Shown here in pieces: positions 14,216 through 29,179 of a DNA stretch of 64,000 bases. The notes under the pieces are model-generated. The model was not told the origin of the DNA. It worked only from the letters and a program-made list of their open reading frames with translations, and ran no database searches. Source of the stretch: Vicugna vicugna (taxonomy: Eukaryota); the NCBI GenBank assembly GCA_013265495.1, contig MU058793.1, positions 796,060 through 860,059 of the forward strand, read 5' to 3'. Each line of letters begins with the position of its first letter. Positions within the stretch are counted from its first letter, which is position 1. A program made the position numbers and the translations under genes.

Positions 14216-14929
14216 AAAGGAGTGGGAACTGAGACAGGAAATGAAGGCAGCAGACATAGGATGCGTTACTGAGTCAATCACCACTGTAGGAAAATGGAGC
14301 TCAGTCCTGCCGAGGACTCTGAAAGACAGAGCTGAACATACACATCAGAGTCATCCCATCCGAGTGGTCAGGGGGATGGGGTACTTACCCGCAATTCCTA
14401 TCAGCCATCAGTTGGTTGACAGCTGCTCCCGGTGAGGGCAGCAGAGTGTTAATTCCCTGTGCCATGTGGGCTTCCATGGCCAGTGAAAGCCTAAAGTCAG
14501 AGAAAATTCTCAGGCAAAGAAATGCGAGTCCTAGCAGTTAGAAGAAAAGAAGGTATGAACTGAAGGGGAAGGAGGAGGGGGCAATGGTAGCATCTTAACA
14601 ACCATCAAGTGTCTTAACAGCTACTGTCTTTTTATAGAAAGGACTGTATGCCAAAAATCCTTAGACTTATCCTGAGATATCTCCCCTTTTAACTTGGGAT
14701 GTTGGACAGAAATATGGTTGCAGGCATTTCAACACAATCTAACCTTGGAAGACATATATATGAATGCTAACTCTGAAGACATATAAAACAAAGCAGAGCA
14801 TTTGCACCCCCCCAAAAAAAAAAACACGTTGGGTCTGCAAAGGAGGACAAGAGAAAATAACATGAAGGATCATTTTGTTGATTGCACGTCTTAACTTTTA
14901 GGACAGGTGATGGGAAGTTATATTGATTA

Positions 14930-15560
14930 ATCAAAAAGTCTCATCAGAAGGGGCCCTTGTTGAGCTTACACTCTAGGTATCTGTGTGGGTATGGGGGTAA
15001 AGAAGGCAGGAGGGAAATGACTGTTAAGTCGATAGTGGTGAGTAAGAGAAAAGAAATAAAATAAGAGTTAAGCCATTGAGAACAAACAGGGGCAGGGGTG
15101 GCCCCCTAAGCTGGGTGATCAGGAAAGAAAGTAACATTTGAGCTGTGACCTGGATGATGAAGACCCCATATTCTCTGGGGAAAGAGAGTTCCCAGCAGAG
15201 GGGAGGGGGACATGGAAAGGTCCTGAGCCAGAAAACCCCATTTGCTCATTGGAGGTGGGGCTGCATCTTGCTGATCAAGGGAGAGTGTGGTAAAAGATAC
15301 AGCTGGAGAAGTAGGTGGGTGCTAGATGGTTCTACCTTACTGCCTGGTTCTTCATCCCATAAGGACTTAGAGTCTTACTTCCATTGCTGCAAGCTGATGC
15401 AGGAGGATTTTAAAGCCGGAGATTGATTCAAACGAATTTGCATTTTTAAAAATTGCTCCAAGAGACTGTGTAGAGAATGGGCACAGGGTGGGAGTTGGAG
15501 TGGGGCAAGAACGGAAGCAGGGAGACCATTACAGATGGGGAAACCGATGGCCAAGTGGAG
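14930..15560. mobile_element. L2 relic
   Basis: Purine-rich L2-like 3' region (...gcatttttaaaaattgctcc...ggggcaagaacggaagcagggagacca). Confidence 0.55.
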
Positions 15561-16889
15561 GAACTGGTTCAAGGTCAGGCAGCAAGACAGTAGCACCTCT
15601 GAATGGGCTTTCCTCTTTCTAGGCGAGAGCTTCTTTCTCTAGCTGGAGAGAGCAAACCACCAGGATCCTTCATCCATGGCAAATCACCAGCCCCTCCCGG
15701 TGTCACATAGCCTCTGGGCTGCCAACAAACATTCATTGTTGGATTTTTAAATGTTTTGCTAAATGCATCAAAAAAAAAAAACACACTCATTTTATTCAAA
15801 GCAGCATTTACAGTCACTTTACATCTGGTGGCTGCTAATTGTCATCTGTTAGGTTGGGCATCAGAATGTGGCATCAGAAAGTGTGTCCATCTGTCCTGGG
15901 TTCTAGCAGGTTTCCATTGCTTCCCATCCACAATCTGCCTTCCTACCAGTCTCTCCAGAGCCAGCCCCCATGTTGCTTGGTGCTTAAGCCATGCTACTCT
16001 GGGAGGAGACAAATTCTTATTCATGAGGTTTCGTTAGCTGAAGCAGCAGAAAAAGCCGTATGAATTCAAGATAAGAGTCTGAAGATGCGGGTCCCAGTAT
16101 GGGTCAGTCTCTCCCTGCTGTGTCAACCCAACACCTCAAGTACTTTTTGTTAGAAAGAAATAATTACATGAACAAAGAAAGAAACAGACACACAAACACT
16201 CACTCTCCCTGAGCCTCGTCTTCACCTGTAAAATAAGAATACTAAATATACAGCGGGGGAAATGGAGAAAGATTATACATCAAGGTGTTAACAGGTTCTA
16301 TCTCTGAGTGAGAAGATTTTTTTCTTCTTTTTGTTTATGTTTGGTAGCATTTCTATGGGAAACATGTATCATGTTTGCAATGAGAAATAAAAACAATCAG
16401 AGCTGGTTTTAAAAGACAATAGTAAGTACTGTCTTGCCTTCCTCAGAGGGCTGTGGAAAGAAGACAATGAATGACATCTGTGAATACACCTCACGAACAG
16501 TGAAGCCCAGACAAACGTAAGGAATGATCCCGGTCCTTGTTAATCAGCATAAACACCTAAGCTGCTACCCAGGGACATCATCGCTCGTGGTGCTCTTCTC
16601 TTTCCCCATCTCCCCTCCTTTTCCTTTCTTTCTCCCTATCCTTCCTCCCTTTCTCTTTGCCCAAGACTTGCCAAGGAAAACTGCAGCCAGAGGGCTAGAC
16701 TGGTCCAGCTGGGATTCAGAACAGGGGGACTTCCTGGGCAGAGAGAACTCCCAGTTAAAATCTCTAGTAGTGGCTGATGTCTTTGGCTCTTCCCTACCCA
16801 CTGTCTGCACCCCCCAATCTCTGAGAATCCTGCATCAGGATATTTATAAACACACTTAGAATCTACCCCAGTTTCTTTGTTTTCTGATT

Positions 16890-17110
16890 TAATCTCTTTT
16901 TCTAATTGAAGCATATAGACAGTTTACAACGTTGTGTCAATTTCTGATGTACAGTATAATGTTTCAGTCAGACATATACATACATATATTCGTTTTCATA
17001 TTCTCTTCCATTATAGGTTACTACAAGAATATAGTTTCCTGTACTCTACAGAAGAAATCTGTTTATCTATTTTACATCTAGTAGTTAGTATTTGCAAATA
17101 CTAACTACCC
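16890..17110 (-). mobile_element. Short L1 3'UTR
   Basis: ttttctaattgaagcatatagacagtttacaacgttgtgtcaatttctgatgtacag... is a reverse L1 3' terminus. Confidence 0.8.
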
Positions 17111-17717
17111 CAGTTTCTTAGAGCCAAGAGACTTTCATCCCAAATGTGAGATTATAGCACCCTACCACATCCTCCCTTCTCTCATGGTCTTATTGAGGGT
17201 TTTTGGAGCCAAGCACTGTGCTGGGAGCTGAGGATCATCCCAAGATGACAGGTGGGTGTGTTTCCTGACCTCATGGGGCTGACATTCTGGCAGAGGAGAA
17301 CAATACTAATCAGTCGTATTGTGACTTAAGTTTATAAAATAATAGAAAAATAAGGTACAGGGTGCACAAGACTGTTTATCGGGGGATTATGATCTAATCT
17401 GGGGGTCTGTGAAGGCTTCCTCAAAAAAAGTGATGATTAAGTTGAGAAATGAAGGGTAAATAGCAGTTAACAAGTCAAGGGAAAGGGGGGGAAGAATGTT
17501 CTAAGCAGAGAAAACAGCCCATGATGCATTTAAAAAAAAATGCAGTTTGTGTAACCAAGGAAGAAAATGCCAGGGTGATGGGCAGGGCCAGGAGATCAGA
17601 GACAGGGCAGAACTCCAGTGTGGCTGGAAGCCATGTGACAGTCTTGGTCTTAATTTAACCACAGTGAGAGTCCATGGGAGGCTTTTAGGCAGGAAGATGA
17701 CAAGTTTACATGTGCAG

Positions 17718-17800
17718 GGTGTATATGTGTATGTGTGTTTGTGTGTGTATGTGTGTGTGTTGTGTTTGTGTGTGTGTGTTTGTGTGTGCGTGCATGTGCA
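17718..17800. repeat. Imperfect (GT)n microsatellite
   Basis: Read directly from the sequence. Confidence 0.95.
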
Positions 17801-17844
17801 CGCACGTCACCACTCTCGCCTTTGTGTGAGGCGTAGATCTGAAA

Positions 17845-18280
17845 GATGGTATGTGGCAAACTGCCCATTGTCCCCAAATCCTTCTTCCCTTCTTCCTGGC
17901 CACATGTTCACTCAGCTAGAGCCTCCATTTCCCAGCCTCCCTTTCAGAAAGACATGGCATGAAATAAAGGCTTACGCAGAGTAAGCAACTTGTACTCACC
18001 TGTTTAACAGGAAGGGATTGCCATGGGCTTCCTCTCACCTTTTCATGGGCTAGAACGTGGATGTGGTGGTGATCCAGCACCAACCAAGAGGACAAGGACA
18101 ATACCCTAGGAATTGACAGAGCAACAAGGAGGATGCCATCTGGGCCCAAGTGGCCTTACAGCACAGACCCTCTCACCCACTCTGGACTGTTACCCAAAAG
18201 AAACTAACTTAGATCTTGCTTGACCCACTGCATTTTGGAGTTTCTGTTAGGGCAGCTTACTCTTTATCCTAACTGATATT
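17845..18280. mobile_element. MLT1-like MaLR LTR
   Basis: ...cagctagagcctccatttcccagcctccc...cactgcattttggagtttctgttagggcagc...cctaactgata. Confidence 0.7.
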
Positions 18281-21200
18281 CTGAATATTGGTTAAAATTA
18301 TTTGGTTGTAAGCAACAGGAATTCACTCAGGTTAACCTAAGCAAAAAAAAAAAAAAAAAAAGAGTGATTTATTAGAAGGCTATGAGCCAGGACCCAGAAT
18401 CAAAAGAAAATCTAAAATTTTGGCTTGGAAGCAAAAATTAATGGATAGTCTCTTCTGGTACTGCCAATGGGATGAATAACTGCAGTCATTTTCAGTCTTT
18501 ATTACATTCTTCTCAAAATTTAAATTCCTAATATGGAGAATCTGAATGTCTAGTATACATCAGATGCCCACCCCTGGGCCAGATGAGTGGTTGGAAGGAG
18601 TAAGGAGCCCCTTATTTGAGACTCCCACTAAGGCTGTACCTAATGGAACTGGAGGTTCCCACAAGAAAAATCATGGTGCTGCAGCCAAGAAAATAGGAAT
18701 GGCTGTTTACCCCAAGGGTGCAAGAGTGAACATGAGGCAAACATTCAGGAGGCTACTGCAGAAGTCCAGGTAGGCATTGATGCTGTCTTGGATGTAAACG
18801 GTAGTAATGACGATAGAAAGAAATAGGTAAGTGTAAGATACAACTAACAGCTAGAATCAGAAGAATCTAATGCATATTTACTCTATACTGAATATCTGGC
18901 TTATAACAGAAGAAACTTTTGAACTATAAAACCCCAAATTAAGATCACATTTAATTGAATTTCCAGTCCAAACATGGTGGAGTAACTTACATCAGACCAA
19001 CTCTCGGGTATATGACAAATATAAACTTTGAACAAAATACCAAAAAAAAAAATTGCGTGAGATGACTTCATCATATTTACTGAAGAAAATCAAATTAAAG
19101 ATCAATATGAATAATATGATAACACTTGTGTAAGCGTGTGTGTGTGTGAGAGAGAGAGAGAATGCACAAATGCAAGTCAGCAAAATATTGGTCAGGCAGA
19201 AAGAAAGGAAAAGTGCAGCTGCAATTATTGTTAACTGAGGCAAAAAAAGCCTGAAATAAATTATTTTCTCAAATCTGTGTCATATATAGTGTCTAGAAGT
19301 CTTCTTGCTAACTTGAAGAAGAATCATAGCCACAAAGGAAAGTCTTTCTAAGACTACTTCTGGAGACAACAGGTTAAACTCAGTCCACCTGCTACTCAGA
19401 CTGCCTTCTTCCCAGCTCATTCCCCCCAGCCCTTCCCATACGCCATCCCTCAGCAAATAACTAGTCTCGGAAGAAGCTCACACCCTCAATTCAAAGATGA
19501 GTGATAATTTTTGAAAGAGTCACCATCAGACATACACAAAGAAAAAAGAGAAAGGAAATGTCAAATAAAAGGTAGATAAACACACACACACACGCACACA
19601 AACCACCTAGAAGCAAGTAAAAAATATGACCAACATTTCTCCATGAGATCAAAAGATTTTTTTTAAAATACCATCTCTGTGAAACAAGATCCCAAAGATG
19701 CAATAGTTGAAGGAAAAAAATAAAAATAATAAGACAACAAAAGACAGTTTAAAAAGAAAGAAAAAGATCTGGCAGAGCTCAGAGAAAAGCATAACAAAAA
19801 AATTAAATTATCACAAAAACAAAATCACATCAGAACCATCAAAAAAGATAATTCATATTACTGAAAATTGGTATTTCTAGACATGTAGAACTGGCTTAAG
19901 AAAATGAAGCACAATGAAGAAAATATTAAATGTAATAGAGAGAAAACTGTAGATGAGGAAACCACAAAGAAAAGAGAAAAATAATAATAATAAAAGATAA
20001 AATGCAAGAAAATGCTTCTAAGTAAATGAAATCTACAGACTGATACAGTGTACAATGTCCCAGGAAAAGTTTACATAAATTGGGCAAAATAAGACATATT
20101 CTACTAAAAATTACTTGACTTTAACAATAATGAAAAAAAAAAAACCTATGGAAAAGGAGGCAGAAAAAAAATTCAAATCCCATTTGTGGCAGAGAAATGT
20201 TTCTCTGTTCTCAGACTGCCCCACCACAATAGTCAACGGTAAAAGACAGATACAAGGTCCACAAATTCCTTAAGGTAGTATAAACTAACCTAACAAAGAA
20301 AACAGAACGAGTACAAAATATCAAGTGATGGCAGGGAAATAATAAAAGATAATTCAAAGAATCATAATAAAGACTTCAACTTCTTAAAAAGTTGAAGACG
20401 GGGATCAAATAATGAATTTCCTAGAGAAGTCTAATCACAGCTGACCCAGGAGGGTATAAATACATTCATTTTCATAGACATTAATTTATTGTAACGTTTT
20501 TACATCACAAGTGGGACCACATAGAGCTACACTTTTTTAAAAATACACAAATTTTAGAAGTAATTCAGAAGGAAATCAAAGAGGCAGCCACTCAAAATGT
20601 AGAAGATAGTTTCACAAAGGAAACCAACCAGACCCTCACAGAACACAACTCTAGTGCTACTTCAGAGCCTTCAAAGATTACTTCCAACTTCTTTGAACAA
20701 AGCTAGCAAAACTTTAATACCAAAATCTAACCCCAAAAAATAGCATAATAGGAAAAGACACAGTAAACCTCACTTGTGAATAGTAATGCAAAAATTCTGA
20801 ATTAAATATCAGCACTTAGGATCTGAGAGCACATGAAGATTTAAAATGCAAAGACAGATCAACATCAGGGACTCACTGGAGTCACATATCAATGGAGAGA
20901 AATGATATACGTGTCTTCAAAGATGCTGGTAAAAGTATTGGATAAAAAACAATATTCAGTCTTGGTTGAAAAAACTCATTATTGAAATATAAGGAAATTG
21001 ATATATCTTTAATATGATTTTTTAAGTATTTATAAATACATATGAAGAAAAAGTTATCACCATGTGTAATAGTGAATTACTAAATCATTCTCATTAAAGT
21101 CTGGGATAAAGAAAGATACTCATCACCACTATTATGCTTTAAGATTGCTCTGGATGCCTTAGCAAGCCATAAAAATGTGATGGTTAAAATTGAAAATGGA

Positions 21201-21762
21201 AAGGCAAAATAATGATTATTTGCACATTATGTGCTTGCATCCCTATGAAACCCAAGAGGATCAACTACAAAGCTATTAGGAAAAAAGAGAGAAAGAACAC
21301 AGTAAAGTGAGTATTTAAATTTTATATACACATAACAATAGCTTTCTATATACAATATCCCAATTAGAAACACATAATGGAAGAAAAAAAATCTGTTATA
21401 AAATACCTGGAATAAGAAACTATAAAAAGAAAACTTTAAGGCACTACTGAGGGTTGTGAAAGAAAACTCAGATAAATGGAAAGACAACCCTGTCTTTGGA
21501 AGGAGAGCTGAGTATTATAAAGATGTCACTCACCCTAAGTCAACCTATAAATTTTATATAATCTCAATATTATATCAATAGAATATTTCTGGAATGAGTA
21601 AGGCTCATTCTGGGGAACTATAAGGCTTCAGTAATTAAAATAAGTTGGTCCAGGTGCATAAAACAGACAGAACAGAACAATGAGTCTAGAAATGGATCTA
21701 AATACCTATGGAATTGTATTATTTGACTGAAGTAGCATTTCAATCAGAGGAGAAAAATAGAA

Positions 21763-21810
21763 ACTTTTCAATAAAAAGTATTGTGACTTTTCAATAAAAA
21801 GTATTGTGAC
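21763..21810. repeat. Perfect 23-bp tandem duplication
   Basis: acttttcaataaaaagtattgtg occurs twice in tandem. Confidence 0.95.
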
Positions 21811-22759
21811 AACTTAGCTAACCATTTTTTTTAAGGGGGAAACAGACCACTAATTCACTTCTTATTCCAAAATAAGTGTTAAATAGATCAAACATTTAAA
21901 TATAAAAAATGAAAACACTACAAAAAAACAGGATAATTTAGGTTTTTTTAAGTTTTGGAATAGAAAAGGCCACTTGAAGCATGATATAAAACTCAAGAGC
22001 CACAAAGAAAATTTTTTAATTATTTTAAATTTAAAATTTGATTCCACAAAAAAATGTAATATCTCTATAATAAAATGGTCACCATAAACAAAGTTAAAAA
22101 CAAACAGAAAATGGGAAAAAGTATTTGTGACACACATGACAAAGGGCTATTTTTGTCTGACATAAGAAGCTTTTTATGAGTTAAGGAGAAAAATTCAACA
22201 ATCCAATAAATGGACATCCAGTATGCAATGTGGCTCACAGGGTTAAAAAAAAAAAAAAGCCTGTTAAAAATATACTGAACATCTAATCATGAGGGAAATG
22301 CAACTAAAAACTGCAAAGAGATATCACCTCACACCAATAAGAATGGCTATTATCAAAAAACAACAAATAACAAGTGTTGGCAAGGATATAGAGAAAAGGG
22401 AACCCTGGTACACTGTTGGTGGGAGTGTAAATTGATCCTATGGAAAACAGTATGGAGATTCCTTAAAACACTAAAAATAGAACTACTGAACCATCCAGCA
22501 ATTTCACTTCTGAGTATTTATTTGAAGAAAAAGAAAACAGTAATTGAAAAGATATTTGCCCTGCTATGTACATGTACAATTGCCAAGATACAGAAGCAAG
22601 CTCAGCACTCATCAGCAGATGAATGGATAAGGAAGACGTGGTATATGTATACAATGGAATACTACTCAGCCATAATAAAGGAATGTAATCTTGCCGTTTG
22701 CAACATCAAAGGACACATAGGGTATTATGCTAAGTGAAATAAGTCAGACAGAGAAAGAC

Positions 22760-23282
22760 TGTTGCAAGGTAGGGATTTTGAATAATATACTCCAAACTGA
22801 AAAGAAACTTTGAGATCAAAAAACAAAGCAGGCAACTCCATAAAGTGCTAATAATTATGAAGTTTATTGTGGGTCACTTACATACAGACAGGATTGGACA
22901 AATGGCAATTCGGAGGCATTGGCAGCTACATCCTGTGCAGCTGAAAGAGGTACAGGAGGGTTTAAAAGGACCACAGCTAAAAACAGAATCTGACTACTAA
23001 GGGAAAAGCATGTCTACACCCATGGGAACTGGGGTTTTCCTGCCCTGGAGGTCTCATGACCATTATTCCTTGAGGGCCATTAGCCATCTGCATAAGCAAA
23101 AGGCATTCTTCCAGGTTTCATATCAGGTGAAGACAAGGATAAAAGTTGATAGGGAACGTACCTGGCTTGGGTGCATTCCTGGTGAGTTGGGCTGGAGCTC
23201 AGCCACACAGACAGGGGAAGGGGCAGCAGTGCAGGCCTAAGATGGAGCTAACAAAATGGAGTCAATGTGGTTCAGCCACACA
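22760..23282 (-). mobile_element. Solo LTR inserted in an L1 3' end
   Basis: TG...CA termini; it splits the L1 motif cagagaaagac|aaat; TSD aagac/gagac; reverse-strand AATAAA (tttatt, about 22863). Confidence 0.8.
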
Positions 23283-26105
23283 GAGACAAATCCTGCATGA
23301 TTTGACCTTTATGTGGAATCTAAAAACCAAAACAAGTGAACAAACACAACTAAATAGACGGAGAGTCATAGATACAGAGAATGAACAGATGGTTACCAGG
23401 GGAAGTGGGGGGAAGGAGAAAAATAAGTGAAGGAGATTAAGAGGTACAAACTTTCAGTTACAAAATAAATGAGTCACCGGTATGAGATGTACAGTGTGGG
23501 GAAGATAGTCAGTTATGTAATATCTTTGTGTGGTGACAGATGGGAACTAGCCTCATCATGGTGATCGTTTTGAAATGTATAGAAATATCAAATCACTATG
23601 TTGTGTAACAGGAACTAAATAATGTTGTAGGTCAATTATACTTCAAAAACAAACAATCTCATAGAAAAAGAGATAAGATTTGTGGTTACCAGAGGCAGGA
23701 GTGGGTTGGGGAGGAGGGGAGTTTGCATGAAGATAGTCAATCAGCACAAACTTCCAGATACAAGATAAATAAGTACTAGGGAGGCAATATAAAACATGAT
23801 AAATATAATTAATACTGTGTGTGTTATATATGAAAGTTGTTAAGAGAGTAAATCCTAAGACTTACCACAAGGAAAAAATTTTTTTTCTATTTCTCTAATT
23901 TTGTATCTATATGAGATGATGCATGTTCACTAACCTTACCATGGTAACCATTTTATGATGTATGTAAGTCAAATCATTATGCTGTACATCTTAAATGGGT
24001 TCAGTGCTATATGTCAATTATATCTCAATAAAGCCAGAAAAAATATATACTTATTATTATGAAAATGTAAATTAAATCATTTTAAAATATGCCATTATTG
24101 TAACCCAGGAGATTGGCAAAAATCAAAATGCTGCCGGCGATATGGGGAAAACCTCCATCTTCATATACTATCAGCAGCATGTAAATTGTTAAAATGCAAA
24201 TAACATCTCCCCAGAATTCCCATGGACATAATCTTGACCCAGCAATTGTCATTCTAGAAACATATTCAAGAATTTATCCTAGTGGTATATTTGTACTCGT
24301 GCTCAAAAATACATGTACAAAGATTCCACTGAAGCATTCTTTCTAAGAGCAAAAACTTGGAAACAATCTAAATGTCCCTCACTATGGAAATGATTTAAAA
24401 CATAAAGGTACAACTACAAAGTCAGTAGCCTCTAAAAAGAATGAAGCATTTCCCAGTATGCTGATACAGAACCATCTCCATGATATACTGAGTTTAAAAG
24501 ATAAAAAAAAGCAAGGTTCAAAACAGTGTATTGTACATCCCATCTGTTCATAAAATGACTATATCAAAACAGCGTATCTCTGGAAAGCATCAAGAAACTA
24601 GCAAGGATGATGGATTCTGGGAAGGGGAGTTTGGACCTGGAGGTCAGCTATGAAGGGAGACATTTTTCACTGTATATATTCTTATGCTGTGTGAATTTTT
24701 TACTGTATACTGATACAATTTTGAAAAACTAAACACTTTAAGAAAATAAATAACAAAAAGTAAGTCTCCTTGAACAATCCAAAAAAAGAAAAAAGAAATG
24801 AAGGGAAAAAATAGCATCAAAAACTAATCATAAAATACTTAAGAATAAACTTAGCAGAAGAGGCAAAAGACTTACATACACTGATAACAGCAAAACATTT
24901 CTGAAAGAAATTAAAGAAGACAAATAAATGGTAAAACATCCCGTATTCATGGATTGGAAAATGAACGATGTCAATATTTTCTAATGCAATCTACAGATTC
25001 AATGCAATCGCAATCAAAATTCCAACAATATTTTTTTGCAGAAATAGGAAAATCCATCCTAAGATTCCTATGGAATTTAAAGAGACCCTGGAAAGCCAAA
25101 ACAATCTTGAAAAAAGATGAATAAAGTTGGAAGTCTCATACTCCCAGATTTCAAAACTTACTACAAAGCTCCAGTAGTTAAAACAGTGTGGAACAGACAT
25201 AAAGACAGATATATAAACCAATGACAGAGAATAGAAAGCCCAGAAACAAATTCTCACATTATATGGTCAAATGACTTTCAACACAGATGCCAAGGCTATT
25301 AAGTGAGGGAAAGACAGTTTTTTCAAAAGATTGTGTCGGGAAGACTGGATAGCCACATGCAAAACAATTGAAGTTGGATCCTTACCAATATATACAGTGT
25401 ACAAAGATTATCTAAAATGGATCAAAGGCTTAAATTTTAATAACTAAAACTATAAGACAATTAGAAGAAAATAAAGGGGAAAAGCTTCATGACATTGGAT
25501 TTGGCAAGGTTTTCCTGCATATGACCTCAAAAGCCCAGGAGGGAAAAAGAGTAAAACTAGGCAAATTGGACTAGAACAAAATGAAAATGTCTGTTCATCA
25601 AAAGAGAGAATAAATAGAGTGAACAGGCAACTTAAGAATGGGAGAAAATACCTGAAAATCATGTATCTGTTAAGGGGTTAATATTCAGCATGGATAAAGA
25701 ACTCCTACAATTCAACAATAAAAAGCAAGTAACTCAATTTTTTAGATGGGCATAGAACTTAAAAAGAAATTTCTCCAAAGATGATATACAAATGGCCCAA
25801 CAAGCATTTGAAAAGACGCCCAACATTATTAGCCATTAGACAAACGCAAATCAAAACTACGAGATGTCACTTTACACCCATTAGGATGCCTATCAGAAAA
25901 AATAATTAAAATTTTTAAAAAGCAAGTATTTGCAAGGATGTAGAGAAATTGGAACCCTTGTGCACTATTGATGGAAATGTAAAACAGTACCGCTGCTGTG
26001 GAAAACAGTATGGTGGTTCCTCAAAAAATTAAAAATAAAATGACCACGTGACCCAAAAATTCCACTTCTGGGTATATATCCAAAAGAATTAAAAGCAGGG
26101 TCTCA

Positions 26106-26232
26106 GGGGTGAGGGTATAGCTCAGTGGCAGAGCATACACTTAGCATGCACGAGGTTCTGGGTTCAATCCCCAGTACCACCATAAAAAGTTATAAAATAA
26201 AATAAAGGTTTTAAAAAGCAGTCTTTTAAAAA
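26106..26232 (+). mobile_element. tRNA-derived SINE (vic-1-like, camelid)
   Basis: A box tagctcagtgg, B box ggttcaatccc, AT-rich tail; perfect 15-bp TSD aaaagcagggtctca at 26091-26105 and 26233-26247. Confidence 0.92.
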
Positions 26233-26349
26233 AAAAGCAGGGTCTCAAAGAAATATCCGCACACCTGTGTTCATTCCAGCAGTATTCACAATAGGAGATG
26301 TGAATAACCCAAATGTCTATCGATAAAGGAATGGATAAAGAAAATATGA

Positions 26350-26373
26350 TGTGTGTGTGTGTATATATGTGTG

Positions 26374-26410
<37 letters not shown>
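26350..26410. repeat. (TG)n/(TA)n compound microsatellite
   Basis: Read directly from the sequence. Confidence 0.95.
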
Positions 26411-26413
<3 letters not shown>

Positions 26414-29179
26414 CACAATGGAATATTACTCACCCTTTAAAAAGAAGGAATTTATGATACATGCTACAACATGGAAGAGACTTGAGGACATTATACTAAG
26501 TGGAAGAAGCCAGCCACAAAAAGACAAATACTGTATAATTCCATGTATATGAGGCACCTAGAGCAGTCAAATTCATAAGAACTGAAAGTAGAACAGTGGT
26601 TTCCAGGGGCTGGGGGAAGGGAGAAGTGGGAGTTGTTTAATGGGTCTAGAGTTGCAGTTTTGCAAGATGAAAAAGGTCTAGAGATCTGTTGCACAACAAT
26701 GTAAATATTCTTAACACTACTGAATATACACTCAGAAGTGGTTAAAATGATGAAAATTTATGTATGCATTTTTATCACAATTCTTAAAAATTTTTAAGTA
26801 AATCTCTAGATCCAAAAGAGTTTTCCAAGTAACTCCCTCTGTTTCAAGGTCCGGTGAGATATCATTTTGTCGTCATCACTATCATCATCATTTTTTGAAT
26901 ACTTACTATGTATGCATTGCCTCATTTAATCCTTAAAATTGCCCCGTGAGGTTATTACATTATTTTTCACAGGAAACTGAAACTCAAGAGTTAAGGAACT
27001 TGCCCAGGATTAATACTTGGAGAACTAAGACCTGGAACTTAATGTATTCAACCAACCACTCCTCCTATTTGACTGCCCTCCAGGAACTGGAATGTGGAGG
27101 TGGGAACATGGGGGAGGGACAGGCAGGCAGGAAATACCTGGTTGTTTTTGTTTTGCAGGGACTTTCACTTTTAATGGCCCTAATGCACCCTAACCCTGTC
27201 TATCCATGGGAGGTTTCAGGTGAATTAAATCAGACACGTGTGGCAGCCCAAGAGAGCTAGACGAAGGTCTTATTGTATTAGTCATTTTTCCTGTCATCTT
27301 GAATTAGTGTCATATTAGCTTAATGCAATACTAACATGATACAGAAATGTTAGCATATTACAGACTACTCAGTGTGTCAAGTAAGAACTTGATCATATTA
27401 CTTTGCCACTGATGTGTCAAAGAAGGGGTGGGGGAGGGGATGTGGGTGTACCCATAAAACAGAGCCACTTAATGCCCAATCCAAGCAAAAGCCCCCACAT
27501 GAACCTTGAATTGGAGAAAAGAGTGAGAGATTCTAGTTAGGATACCTGATTCCAAAACCTGTAATCACACAAATATTACAGGAAAAGCTAACATGGGTGG
27601 CTTCTGACAAGGTTAACAAAGAGGCTAAATCCCTTGTGAATTGATATTTTCAACCTGGAGCCCATCCCCCCTAATTACTGACAGACACCAGACTCGGGAA
27701 CTGGGAAGGGAATCTCTACTTAGAGAAAAAGGTTGGATCTCCAGTTCTCATGTGATGTTTAAACCTCTGCTTGGTGGATAACGCCTTACTGCTGGGTAAC
27801 GGGCCTGAGGTCTTAACTTGGGATAAATAGACCCTTAGGGGGTCCACCACTGACTTCCAGGGGTTGATTAAATCCTCTAAATTGTACATAAAATTATGTC
27901 GGTACAAATGGCCTTTTTTTCCTTGGGAAAGGTCCTCTTCAAGGGGAGCCCCAAAGAGTTCAGCACCTCCATGTTAAAGGAAGATTAGGAAACATCGAAG
28001 TGGAGTCAGACGAAGAATGGCTAGAAGACTGGGGTCTGGTCCAACTCCGTCTTTGACTTGCTGGATGACATTAAATCACATTGCCCTCAATCATTTCTTC
28101 CAGGGAACGGGGCTACTCATATCTGTGTTACGTATTTCACAAGGTTTCGGTAAGGATTAATGAGATGGTATAATTGGAAGGAACTTCAATAAGGATAAAT
28201 CCCTTTTTTAAAAAAAGTAAGCAATGCATACTTCCTTGAAAAATTATCAGTTTTCAAGGGGGAGAAGTTCACACAGACACCTACACACACCACCATGATC
28301 AGGACTCCTGTGTGAACCACTTGGTCCTCTGACAACAGCATCAACCATATTTCTATAGGGACCTTCTTGCTTCTTTCATGGGGACAAGTCTTTGGGTTCC
28401 TCCACCTGTGGGGATATATTAGGAGTTCACTGAACTACTCCTAATGGAACAATCGAATGCATGATCCAAAAAAAACACAACTGTCAGCAACTTTGGCCAA
28501 GAGTGATCAAGCCCACTTCTCAGTTTCTCAAAGTGAGTCCAGGCCTCCATGTCGAAACCTGGAAAAGGATGTTGAACTCAAGGCAGTACTGCTATAAATG
28601 TGTGGTTCCCCTTAATTAAAAATCTATTAGCAAATTTCCTGATAAGCTGCTAGTATTTACAAATACAAACTAATAGCTATTTATTAGAAGGTTTATTCTA
28701 AGACCTTAAAATGAGTTTTTCCTTGTAGTGTGATAATTGTTCAGATGGCTTCCTGCTGATTTAATTACTTCAATTAACTAGGATTCTCAGAGACAAGTTT
28801 CTCTTGGCTTTGGATTTTCTATCTCCAGTTGTTATCACTGGGGCCTCATTTTTTGTAGCTTAAGGGCCAAACTCGTATCTGTGCCACCCACCACCAAATA
28901 CCGATGTTGAAAGATGTGAAGTCAGTCTGAAGAGGAAAGAAGAAAAGTCAAGCCTGTGAGTGTTTCCCAGAACCACCTTTACAAACAAAGAGGAGGCTCC
29001 TGGCCACACATCACGAGGCTGGGTCTCTTTTGGTTCAGAAGGTGGGGGGCTAGCTGTGATTAACCACCCATATTTTCCCGTGGTGCCAGTGACATACTTT
29101 AGAAGGTTAGATGAAGTCTGGTGGAGAGGATACAGGCTTAGCGAAAGAATACCAGGCTTAGCAAATGATGGCCTGAGGG

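Larger units (their letters stand above)
18950..26790 (+). mobile_element. Large block of nested, degraded L1 fragments
   Basis: A-rich plus strand with recognisable ORF2 pieces (25000-26560 and 22290-22760) and several 3'UTRs; no long ORF. Confidence 0.9.

Noticed and set aside
17547..17984. Cys/Val-rich 145-aa ORF
   Set aside because: It is a translation of a (GT)n repeat and neighbouring repeats.
26106..26180. tRNA gene (also 35030, 57563, 58384, 61033)
   Set aside because: These are diverged copies with AT-rich tails, several with TSDs, so they are SINEs and not tRNA genes.
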